Assembly (NCBI RefSeq): GCF_009914755.1
Contig: NC_060930.1
From: the human T2T-CHM13v2.0 reference genome, Homo sapiens
DNA length: 64,000 bases
Reading direction: 5' to 3' (one strand)
The position numbers and the translations under genes were made by a program. The notes below the pieces were generated by a model. The model saw only the letters and a program-made list of their open reading frames with translations. It made no database searches and had not been told where the DNA came from. This document shows positions 41,676 through 55,160 of this stretch, one piece after another; position 1 is the stretch's first letter, and each line of letters opens with the position of its first letter.

Positions 41676-42899
41676 ACTTAGTGGTGTACTCTGTCTCAGT
41701 GAGAGAACCGATCTGGTCTAATGAGCTAATCTTCATTGCCTACCCTGTTGACAGGTTTCCTCCCAGACACAAGAGACAGGTGATTTCTGCCTTCAGACAC
41801 AGTGTGTCTTCCTGATTTGTGACAAGAGGAACAGCCCCCCGTTTTCTTCATTCTTCCCAGGAGAATAAATTGCATTACACAACTGTGGGGTCGACATGCT
41901 TTATCAAGGGCATACTTTGTTGATCTGTTCCAATCTTCCTTGTCTCTCCTGTTCGTTCTCTGAGCCTGTCAGCCCTTTTTCAAAAGTGAAAACACCACAA
42001 AACATTTCTGTAATAACATGGTGTATATTATCACATTAGCTACAGTTATAATAAAAGTGGCTACATAATCAGATTATACTTTCCTCATAGCCATAGGAAT
42101 AATGGTGCTTTATCAGGAAATGTGTATAACCAAATGGAAACTCACTAATGCAACAGGAAATTATCAAACATAATATAATTCAGGAGTCTCAAACTGCTAG
42201 TGTCTCAGTAGGTATAGGGGAAAAAAAATCTATTTTACTGTAATGAAACTCTTAAAAGAGACCTGCTTATTACTTTTGTAAAAAGTGCTCAGCATATGTT
42301 TTCTCCTTATGCAATGATTTCTTGTTTTGTTTTGTTTTTACTTGAATGCTATTTGTGAATTTTTGTTGAATATCGGAAGAATACAAAAATTATCAGTGGT
42401 TAAGGTAAAAAGTCATTCAATTTTTAAAAATATGGACTCATACTTTCAAACTGCTAAGAAGGTTTCCAAACAGCTTCTGTAAGTATAATCCACATAACAA
42501 AATATCAGTACCCTATGTATTGTGAAAAGTGACAAGCTTTCTACTTGTGTGCACAAACAGATAAGCAAGACGATACATAGCACGTCATTTAGCCAGTGCT
42601 CAAATTCTACCCAAAAATTAACTTTGATTTACATCCAAAACCATAAACAAATATACAAAATCTATGTAGTTGCGATTTTTGCCTTTGCTAAACACTTGTT
42701 TCATGATAGCCATAGTATCAAATTCAAATAAAAAATTAAATGACTTTTCTGCTTCATAATAAATCAAACTCTTGCTGGAATTTAAAGGAAGTACAAAGAG
42801 TTTATTTTACATTCTCGAAAAAATTCTCCACTAGTCCAGGATTAGGGAAAGAGAGACTAAATCAAGGGACAAGGCAGAAATTCAGTCCAAAGACATATT

Positions 42900-43230
42900 T
42901 CCTATGCCATCTCTATGTATGTGCATATGTATATACATGTTGATAGATGGTATATATATGTAATAGCTGTATAGATGGATACCTATTAATACAATATATA
43001 CATAAATAAATATGTCTATATTAATATCACATATAAATATTTATACATAAATAGAATATATTTTATATACTAGTAATATGTGTTAATTATTTTATATTAA
43101 TAATTATAATTATTGATTATAAATGTGTTATTATAGTTGATAAAGGTGATATATTAGTGTATATTATAAATGTGGTATATATACTACGTAATATACAATA
43201 TGTATATATTGGATAATATTATGTGCATAA
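42900..43230. repeat. AT-rich low-complexity (TA-derived) tract
   Basis: Seen directly. Confidence 0.8.
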
Positions 43231-43672
43231 TGAGTAAGTGGCGATCTCCCACACTGGGAACTCTGAAGGAGAGAAGTTTGTTTAAATGAGCTCTTCAGTG
43301 GCCTACTCTACTGAGGTGCAGACCTCTTCTGACCTGAATTTCCAACCTATGAGAACATAGGTTTCAACAACTGAAGCCATGTGAAGGCACTTAGGATAGA
43401 CTGGAAATACTCATTTCCACCACTTGGGCCTTTTGGCTATTTTGTTTCCTATCCTGTCTTGTTTCCTACCAGAACATCTCTGCTTTTCAGTCTCAGTATC
43501 TGATTTGACCTTGGGGGGCTGCAGCCATGTGAACCAGCCCAGCAGCCACCCTTCCACTGATGGCACAGCTGTTCTCCCCTCCAACATCTAAATGTAGCAC
43601 AAAAGGAGAATGAGATTTGGTAACAATAAAACCAGATACATTGGTTTATAGTTTTAAAAATCATGCTATTCC

Positions 43673-44358
43673 ATGGCAATCATTAAAAAGTCAGGAAACA
43701 ACAGGTGCTGGAGAGGATGTGGAGAAATAGGAACACTTTTACACTGTTGGTGGGACTGTAAACTAGTTCACCCATTGTGGAAGTCAGTGTGGCGATTCCT
43801 CAGGGATCTAGAACTAGAAATACCATTTGACCCAGCCATCCCATTACTGGGTATATACCCAAAGGACTATAGATCATGCTGTTGTGAAGACACATGCACA
43901 CATATGTTTATTGAGGCATTATTCACAATAGCAAAGACTTGGAACCAACCCAAATGTCCAACAATGATAGACTGGATTAAGAAAATGTGGCACATATACA
44001 CCATGGAATACTATGCAGCCATGAAAAATGATGAGTTCATGTCCTTTGTAGGGACATGGATGAAATTGGAAATCATCATTCTCAGTAAACTATCGCAAGA
44101 ACAAAAAACCAAACACCGCATATTCTCACTCATAGGTGGGAATTGAACAATATCACATGGACACAGGAAGGGGAATATCACACTCTGGGGACTGTTGTGG
44201 GGTGGGGGGAGGGGGGAGGGATAGCATCGGGAGATATACCTAATGCTAGATGACGAGTTAGTGGGTGCAGCGCACCAGCATGGCACATGTATACATATGT
44301 AACTAACCTGCACAATGTGCACATGCACCCTAAAACTTAAAGTTAATTAAAAAAAAAA
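43673..44358 (+). mobile_element. 5'-truncated young L1 (L1PA2-like) with ORF2 C-terminus and 3' UTR
   Basis: The ORF 43673-44146 [13 protein letters not shown]...KHRIFSLIGGN is the ORF2p C-terminus; 3' UTR gctagatgacgagttagtggg; TSD aaaaatcatgctattcca. Confidence 0.95.
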
Positions 44359-45012
44359 TCATGCTATTCCAAACAACTTTACTGTGTCATTCCACATGGC
44401 AACTTGGAGATTGGTGGGGGTGTCTGGAGACTATAGGGAGAAATAAGAGCCAATGTAGGATGGGGACAGGTGGTGTTATAGGATGGCGACAGGTGGTATT
44501 AATTGAAAATTATATATCAAGGAAAAAATCATCTTGGTCTGTAGTTTGAGAACAAAGCCAAAGGAATAAACAAACACCGCAGGAAGTGTCTTTGTATATG
44601 CAGAATCAAGATAGAAAACCAGTTTTCTATCCTTCAGAACAAACCCTTTATCCTCGTAGACGGGAAGTAATCAAGATTCCGTAAACATCTCCAACGTCTC
44701 CAACAGTTCCTGACTACCCAGCTTCTTCTCTTTTGTCACTAGTTACCATTGCCTTGGTCATTTCAATGCATTTCTGTCCAGATTTGGACTCCCTGCCTTC
44801 CTTTACGCAATTGATGATACTGTTTCTCAGAGCACTGTAGCCCCTACAAGCCAGATCTTGGTAGAGAACCCCCATGTCGGGGAGGCCACACAATAAATGT
44901 GGAGCAGAGAAGTCACACGGAAACTCACGCAAGTTACATTACGCTTAAATATCCTGATTTGATGAGGTACAGATTTGTAATGAATCGTCACCCCCTTAAT
45001 AATACTGGCTTT

Positions 45013-45359
<347 letters not shown>

Positions 45360-45539
45360 TTAAAAAGTCTTGTATTAGAAGCATTCAGTTAAGGTTACAG
45401 GAGGACAAGTCACAAAGACACAGACTTCATTTGTCCTGTCTTTTTGTATTTTGTGCATCAAAAAATCCTTAAGCACAGAAATCACTCTGAAAATGCTCTG
45501 CCTGGCTATCAATGGCCCAGAGATTCAGAGTAAAGGCTC

Positions 45540-45765
45540 TGCTACCATAATGCTTCTGTCTGATCCCTGGCTCATGCATTTTAAAGGGGCCGGACCTTGG
45601 CATTTAATTTAAACTCTGTATACTTTAACCTCCTCATCTGGAAATGAGGGGTAGTAGTCATAATAATAATAGCCATATGGACTTATTATGAATATTAAAT
45701 AAGACAATATGTGTGATGCGCTTGGTACAGTGCAGGGCATGAAGTAGTAAATGTTGGTTTTTATG
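45540..45765 (+). mobile_element. MIR
   Basis: ctcctcatctggaaatgagggg...attaaataagacaatatgtgtgatgcgcttggtacagtgc. Confidence 0.65.
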
Positions 45766-45968
45766 ACTTAAATAATGTATTGCTGGTAATAATGATCACT
45801 ATTGTTCATTCACAATTAATATTAAGAATAAATATGTTATTTATTCTTTATATTGTCAAATATATTTTGCTTAAAGTTTAGTATTATTGCTAAAATATGT
45901 AGCAGTCTTTGTGTTATTTCAGCTATCACAAAGAATATATTTTGTATAATCATTCTAAGGAAACAATG

Positions 45969-46262
<294 letters not shown>

Positions 46263-46887
46263 GGAAACAAAAACATGAATAACTTCCAGACATAAGCCTA
46301 TGGATGCCAAACAGCTTCATAGAGTCACATATGGCTGCAATGATTTCCCATCGTTTCTCCTGTCTCTGCTCCACTATGAAAATCTTGTCAATTAACCTAT
46401 ATCATGTCTAAACCCAAGGTATCCCTGGTCACCTAGGATCTTTAATCACTGTGGTTCAAAGTAAGCACAGGCTTCTGAGACAGAAGAAATACTAGCTTTT
46501 GCTTTTTGAAACCCAGAAGTGCATTTCTCTACTTCCACAGAGAAATGGTCCCAAATGTAGCAGGAAGAACATGGACTGCACCAGGACTGTGGATGGACCT
46601 GGAGGGGACAAGCTGGTGGTAGAGTGAGGATGCTGAACATATGGGAAAGTGCCCTAGAGTCCGAGGCTTTCAGCAGGTCTCTCCTTGAGAGATGGGGCCA
46701 TAGTTGGGGAGAGAAACTGGAGGAAATTTTATATAGAACTTAGAGTAGGCAAAAAAGCATGATGTTATTAGAGGTGAGACCCTTCAGTTGAATAGATTCT
46801 ACAGTAGACACAGGCTCTGATTTAAAAAAAAAATGGACATATAGGAGTATTCATTGCACAGCTAAGTTAGTTTTAAAATGTGACTGA

Positions 46888-47206
46888 GGCCAGGTGCGGT
46901 GGCTCATGCCTGTAATCCTAGCACTTTGGGGAGGCCAAGGTGGGTGGATCACCTGAGGCCAGGAGTTCAAGACCAGCCTGGCCAACATGCCGAAACATGT
47001 CTTTACTAAAAATACAAAACATTAGGCTGGGCTTGGTGGTGGGCGCCTATAATCCCAGCTATTCGGCTGAGGCAGGAGAATAGCTGCAACCTGGGAGGCA
47101 GAGGCAGCAGTGAGCTGAGATCGGCCCATGGCCCTCCAGCCTGGGCAACAGAGCGAGACTCTATCTCAAAAAAAATAAAATAAAATAAAATAAAATAAAA
47201 TAAAAA
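46888..47206 (+). mobile_element. AluS with (TAAAA)n tail
   Basis: Full dimer; TSD approximately aaaa(t)gtgact. Confidence 0.95.
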
Positions 47207-48565
47207 GTGACTAAGTAGAAACAGTTAGGTCTTGGCCCCAAATTTGGGGCACCTTGTCACGCAGATTCTCTGACCTGAATATTAGATGCTCTGTTCTTTC
47301 CTAGATGAGTCTGGAAGCAATTGCATAGACAACCATTTTAGTCATATAACTTCATTCTTAGAAGATTCTTAACCAGTAACTGAGAATAAGTTTTGTTTCT
47401 ATTTAAAGATGGTGAGAGTAATTACTGAATCATAATGCTGAGACATCCTGTTTGGCATCAAACGCTCTACCGATGCCAAACAGACTTTTCTTTCCTTACC
47501 TGAAGGAGAATGCCAGTAGGCCTTTGTGTCACCTATCGGGAGTTCTCCTGTTCGTCATCATTCTGAATTACCTTAATTACACATTTAAAAATCAAACTCA
47601 TGTCCACAGTATGAGTATCGGCAGACTCTATACATTGCCATGATCCTTCTACTGTAATTTTTATTAAGAACAACTGTGGCTCTCTATTCAAGGGATTCCC
47701 AAGATTTTACGGTTCTTTTGTTTGGAGAGAGAAAAACAGAAGTCAAAGATCAGAGAAGCCTTCATGAAATTGATGGACTAATAATGGACAGCTTAGCATG
47801 CATGCTAGCATGTAACTTTCACCACCTCATTCCCTATCCCACACTTTTCAATCACAAAGTAAGTTCTAGTGTTGTGACTCCATTCTTGTCTCTTTGTGCT
47901 ACATGTGAAAATTTGGGGAAACATGTTGGTCACTCTGTAAAAGCCTTTAGCCGATTTACTTCCATTTGATCCCATGAGTTTGGAGAGTGAACCTCACTAA
48001 CCCCTAAAGGGGGCTTTCCTGTTTCATGACACCAGCCGTGAGACTATCTCAGTCTTAGCAAATGTACGAAGTCTCCAAATGCTCATCAACTTCCTTAAAT
48101 GCTGTTAAAGAACTGTCCCTCCAGAAAGGGTTTGGAGTGTATTGGTTGGTGAATTATGAGTCCAGAGGTAGACCCATGTAAATAAATTTGATCCTAGCAC
48201 ATCTCACGTCTTTTTTAGACAATGCTGTACCTAGTGCCATTGAGTGAGTGTGTTAGGTTTTCCTCATTACCAACATTTACTTGGCATTTTCAGAAATTTC
48301 TGATGGCTGTGGCTGAGTTTTCCAGTCCCAAGGGACACAGCATTTTTCTTCCATATCTTACTTCACTGGTCCCAGGTGTGTCAAAGTCGTAAGTAAAAAC
48401 TAGGGCACAATATTTTGATGTCCATGGAATCTGAAAGGGTGGAAGCCATGGTACAGTCAAACAGATCCCCATAGAAATGATCTATTCATAACTAAGAAAG
48501 GAAGACTATCACTGCATAGACGGGGGTTACCAGAAGTCATCATCATTCTTTCATTCAACAGACAT

Positions 48566-48846
48566 TTATTTATTTGTTTGTTTGAGACAGAGTCTCACTT
48601 TGTCACCCAGGCTGTGTACAGTGGCGTGATCTCAGCTCACTGCAACATCCACCTCCTGGGATCAAGCAATTCTCCTGTGTCTGGGATTACAGGCACCTGT
48701 CACCAAGCCTGGCTAATTTTTATATTTTTAGTAGAGATGGGGTTTTGCCATGTTGGCCAGGCTGCTCTTGAACTCCTGACCTCAGGTAATCCACCTGCCT
48801 TGGCCTCCCAAAGAGCTGGGATTACAGGCAAGAACCACTACGCCTT
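48566..48846 (-). mobile_element. AluS inserted in an L2 tail
   Basis: Antisense dimer; acatttatt flanks the composite element on both sides. Confidence 0.9.
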
Positions 48847-49045
48847 GGACACAGGGTGGGGAACATCACACACCAGGGCATGTTGTGGGGTGGGGGGAGC
48901 GGGGAGGGATAGCATTAGGAGATATACCTAATGTAAATGACGAGTTAATGGGTGCAGCACACCAACATGGCACATGTATGCATATGTAACAAACCTGCAC
49001 ATTGTGCACATGTACCCTAGAACTTAAAGTACAGAAAAAAAAAAA
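48847..49045 (+). mobile_element. Short L1PA 3' UTR fragment
   Basis: ggacacagggtggggaacatcacacacc...gtaccctagaacttaaagta plus A tail. Confidence 0.95.
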
Positions 49046-49174
49046 GAGCCACCATGCTTATTGAGTCACATTTATTGAGCATCTACTATGATTGAGGCAC
49101 TGTGGGAGATATAAATATAAATACGAAACAGTCTACTTTTAAGGAAAAACTTATGAATGACTAGCATGTACCAT

Positions 49175-49345
49175 ATTTTATATTCATTATTCTAATTCAT
49201 ACTTACAACAGCATTTTGAGCTTGGAAATAATTATCCCCGTTTGATAGATAAAGAAACTGAGGCTCAAAGAATATAATTCGTTTGCTCAAACAAGATCTG
49301 ACAGTTGGTAAGTAGCAGACAGAGAACTGTCTGACTCCACAATAT
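49175..49345 (-). mobile_element. MIR
   Basis: attatccccgtttgatagataaagaaactgaggctcaaaga...tctgactcca. Confidence 0.75.
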
Positions 49346-50237
49346 AAAGTTACCTTAATGTGAATGAAAAGACAGTTACTGCGATAAGTAGAAATCAAGG
49401 AAATACGTGATATGTCCAAGAGAAGAAAAAATAAAATCTTATAGGATTTCAGAGGAAACAGGTAAGAACCAGACCCCACAAAAAATGAGCCCCGGCTCAT
49501 CTGCTGATTGGCATAGAGCAAAACTGTCTTAGAAATACATTGGAATGTAGCGTTGCATTTACATAGATTAAAAGTTTGGGGAGAAGACAGTTCACATCTT
49601 TATGCATGGATACTGTCACACATTGGTGAATCGGTCCCCAAAATCCCCTGTCAGGAGACCAGCTGGGACTCAGTGGGGAAAAGGCCAGTAAGGACCTCTT
49701 CACCCCTAGATCATTTTCTGAAGTAGGAGCCAATCCTGTTTTCCCCTTCTGGAAAACTGATATCCACAAATTTGAAGTATAAATATCCATTTTCCACCCC
49801 AGTTGGAGCAATTATTGGCATTAAGTACTGGCTTATCTGCTGGATCTGTGAAAAAAAATAGGCACACTATAAGAATATAATGAAATAAAATCACTTTTTC
49901 CACATTTGGTAGCAAACTTGAATTACTTTACATTTCTTGTACTCCATTTCTCATGTCTGAGCTCAAAATAATACAGTAATAAAAACACATTTTATATAGT
50001 ACATCACAGTACAATAGAGTACATTTGTTCTCCACAATTCCCCTGAGATAAATAAGAATTCATCTCCCCATATTAGAGATGAGAAAAATAGTTCAAAGAG
50101 CTTATGATTCCAAGGTTCAGAAAAAGTGTCTTTCTAGGATTACAGAGCCAGTAAGTGCAAAGCTAGACCTGTGGGCCAGACCATCCAGGATGCTCCTTTC
50201 TAGACATGATGTGGTCTCACAATACATATGGAATTTA

Positions 50238-50630
<393 letters not shown>

Positions 50631-51521
50631 CTAATTCACATATATCTCAGCATTTTTACCTTCAGTATGAAAGCCCCATACTTTACACAAAACTACATCT
50701 ATATTGCTGAAATTCTAATATAGCTTCGTGCTACTTTCTAGCATTGCAGAAGACTTTAAATCTTTTTCGCTCTGTCTACCCTAGATAACCATATGTAGGA
50801 AATGACACAAATGAATGGAAGAATTCCACGCACATCTAGACACAGGAATGGGTTATGATTTCAGTAATAAGCTTAGTTACAAAGCTGATCCAAAACAATC
50901 ATTTAAGCAAAGCTTAGTTCATTTGAGTAAAACACAAATTAAACAATAAGTTTTCCAAACAAGATCTGAAATAATCGGCATCTCCACAGTTCCCAGGAGA
51001 AGCAAACAGGCAGGTAAAGAACCTGTGTATACATTTGCATCTGCAAATAAGGACAACTGGATATAGCAAATCTCAGTTTTAAAAAATGTTCTTTATATAA
51101 TCAGTTTTTAAATGTTTTATTTTCTTATTTACAGAACTCAAATACAACAAAACCACTGACCATATTTCAGGAACATGAAAATTATACAATGAAAAATAAT
51201 TATGAAGATTTAATACTATTAAAAACATAGACATTTTTCCATGTGAACACATTCATGCTGTGAGCATGGACAGTTTACAAAGAGTCATTTCCACTCCACC
51301 TCACTCTTGCCCAATTACTTTTTGGGAAAATATTTATAATATATTTTCAAGATATTGGGTATGCACACTTCACTTAACCTGATGATATGTGTTGGGTTTA
51401 ATAATGTGTTACCAAGTCATAACCTTATCATTTGGAGATAGTCTAGAGAGGCAGTCAAAATGGCCAAGTTTATGCAAAGTTGCAGAAACGAAAGACCAAA
51501 TTGAATAAAAAGAAAATAACT

Positions 51522-51847
51522 GGCCGGGTGCGGTGGCTCACACCTGTAATCCCAGCACTTTGGGAGGCTGAGGTGGGCGGATCATGAGGTCAGGAGTTCA
51601 AGACCAGCCTGGCCAACATGGTGAAACCTCATCTCTACAAAAAATACAAAAAAAAAATTAGCCAGGCATGGTGGCTGCCACCTGTAATCTTAGCTACTCG
51701 GGAGGCTGAGGCAGAGAATTGCTTGAACCTTGGAGGTAGAGTTTGTAGTGAGCCGAGATCGTGCCATTGCCCTCCAGCCTGGGCAACAGAGCAAGACTCC
51801 ATCTCAAAAAACAAACAAACAAACAAAAAAACTAAAAAAAAAAAAAA
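51522..51847 (+). mobile_element. AluS (Sg-like)
   Basis: gatcatgaggtcaggagttcaag; A-rich tail. Confidence 0.95.
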
Positions 51848-53621
51848 CCAACCCACCAAAAACCTAATCATTTTGGTCCCTCTTCCTTTTGCTTCAGGAT
51901 TCTTTTTGCAAGTGCTACTAGAATCCTGCTCCCAGCTATCTAATCCTGGGCCTTTGCAGATCCACAGTGGCGTGAGAACCTTAGGTTATAATAATAAGAT
52001 TTGAACACCACATTCAGCACTTCCTAAGATTCAGGGACTGGGCAGTCTTTTCACCTACATACAACCTTGCATGTAGCAAATAACATAAAACCCAGTTTGA
52101 GAGGGAGCATGTCTGGAATGCAACGATGTTTCATGGAAAATGGGGTACAGACATAATTCCCCCTGAATACAGTTCATCAGTGCTTTCCACAAAAGTGAGC
52201 TTTGATGAGATATCTAGTACCTAGGAAATACAAAATATAATATGAATTTATTGGGTTGTTCAACACTCCCCCAACGTTTCACAGTTTTTAATCATTCATA
52301 ATCTGAACCATTTACTCTAAGAGTTTGTGATTTGACATTCTCATTGCCATCTTGTTATTACGAAATAAATGGAAAATCTAAAACCAAATGTATATAAATA
52401 GGTTACTTTATGCTTTAATTCATGGAAAATAGTTTTTAAGTCTTTTTTATTATTTTAAGAAACGAACTAAAAGTAATCAAGAAGAATCAAAATATTGGAT
52501 GTAACTGTCTAACTTCTGTATCTGTTTATTTATCTATAAAATAGGATTGACAATGTTGTCCTAAACTTACAGAGGAATATAAATGTAATAAGCCTTTTAA
52601 ATCTCTGCTTTGTAAACCACAGAGAAAAAGGCACTATGTAAATATTGTTATCTTTGTGCCTCATTATCTGAGCTAATGATAACTGTAGAAAAGTTAGGTC
52701 AAATAACATTAAATGGACACTAGAATAAAACTTCAGTTTCAATGTGTTGTTTTACCATTTACATTGACAAGTGAGGATAAAAAAAGAGCATGAAGGAAAT
52801 ATAGCAAACACTTTGATTAGATTATGTCACCAAAATTCCAATGTAGAAATAATATCTAAAATAACAGCAGTTTCTGTTTCTGCCAACTTCTAAAATAAAA
52901 ACCAACTCAGATTCAGCGTATCAGTGGAAATTAAAATAATACATTTTAAAAAATTCTCTAACCTGCTTCTAAAAATCATAACACAATTCTGATAATTGAC
53001 CAATAGCATCATTTTGAGCTACTTAATTACACATCATTAGCAAGAGTAAAAATGCCAAGAAGCTCATATTGACATGGTTTCCATTTTTGGGAAATGGTCA
53101 AGTGATTCTTATGCAGGCATAGCTTACTCTGTGACTCAGAGGCACAGTTTTTACAGAGAACCAGAAAGGTTCTATGACTGGTACGAAACATTGAGCAGAA
53201 GGAGAATGGGGCCCACATATTACTACCCTCCACTTAATGTTTCATTTTTTGCACATTTATTTTGAACAAGCCTTAAGTCTCTTAGCCCATGTATCTGAGA
53301 TTTTGTGAGCCGATCTGCAAAATCCAATCTGAAGCTCATCCCAATACACAACAATAAGTGAATCCTTCAGGTATAGTGCTGTGCAATCGTTCATGCTTTA
53401 CAAACTCTCATTTGCCTCCTTCAAGCCAAGGGAGTATCTTACTTATCTCTATTTTCTTCGGGCTGGTGCAAACTTTCAAAACACAGTGAGTGTTATTATT
53501 TAGTTAATAACAATAGGTCCCTAATCAGGTCCCTAATTTATTAATAAACCAGGTTTGCCTCAGGTTTGAATAACAAACAACTTTTCTAGCTCAATTTGTC
53601 ATTTATTTTCTTTTTGTTTTG

Positions 53622-53653
<32 letters not shown>

Positions 53654-53956
53654 CCACCTCCCTTGGGCTTTTATTCCATCTCTAGCTTATCCATACTTCT
53701 ATCACTGTCTTATCAGCTTCAAAAGTTGTCCAAAGCCCTGTGGCTTTTTTCTCCACTGGGAAAGTGACAACCTAAGCCAGGATGCTGAGCCCTGTGTCTG
53801 CTTTCTGCTTGCTCAGCAAAGACCTTAGTTGTATTGCCAGTGCTCCTGATCACTCACTCACCTCCCAGGATGGGTTTTTTGTTTTTGGTTTTTGTTTTTT
53901 TTTTTAATTTTCACAGTCAGAAGTAGGGAAAGCTGAGTGTTAATGGTTATTTACAG

Positions 53957-54497
53957 TAGGGGTCCTCAACCCCCAGGCCACAGATAGTACCAGTCTGTGA
54001 CCTGTTAGGAACTGGGAACCAGGCCACAGAGCAGAAGGTGAGTGGCAGGCAAGCAACTCACATATGAAGCTTCGTCTGTATTTACAGCCGCTCCCCATTG
54101 CTTGCATTACCGCCTGAGCACTGCCCCCTGTCAGATCAGTGGTGGCATTAAATTCTCAGAGGAGCGTGAACCCTATTGTGAACTACACATACAAGGGATC
54201 TAGGTTGTATGCTTCTTAGAAGAATCTAATGCCTGATAAGCTGTCACTGTCTCCCATCACCTCCAGATGGGACCATCTAGTTTCAGGAAAACAAGCTCAG
54301 GGCTCCTACTCATTCTACATTATAATGAGTTGTATAATTATTTCATTATATATTACAATGTATTAATAATAGAAATAAAGTACACAATAAATGTAATGCT
54401 CTTGAATCATCCTGAAACAATCCCCCCTCCACTGATCCATGGAAAAATTGTCTTCCACAAAACCAATCCCTGGTGCCAAAAAGGTTGGGGGCCACTG
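53957..54497 (+). mobile_element. MER1A hAT-Charlie element
   Basis: taggggtcctcaacccc...aaaaggttgggggccactg; perfect 8-bp TSD atttacag. Confidence 0.9.
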
Positions 54498-54799
54498 ATT
54501 TACAGGGTGCATTTCCCAGTAAGACATCTTCAGGATGTTCCCATTACAATCAAAGCATTTTCCTCCACCTAAGCACTCCATCCCTTACTTGCTTATCCTT
54601 TGAAGCCAGAGATCCTACTCTTCATGTGTTCCACTGGACATTTAAGGATTTTATGAATCACTAACCCTCAGACGCCCTTAAAAATCACTCTATTTTTCAG
54701 CTCAAAACCCTGCTACACAGCCTAAGGAAGAAACAGTAAGTAAAAACCATTTTTTAAAGAGTTTATCTACTGTCATCATCAAGAATTTATTAAATGCTG

Positions 54800-55160
<361 letters not shown>

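Noticed and set aside
43673-44146. 157-aa ORF as a host gene
   Set aside because: It is the L1 ORF2p C-terminal fragment of a truncated insertion with no promoter.
54118-54136. CTCF-like ctgccccctgtcag in MER1A
   Set aside because: Lacks the conserved terminal GG of the core motif.
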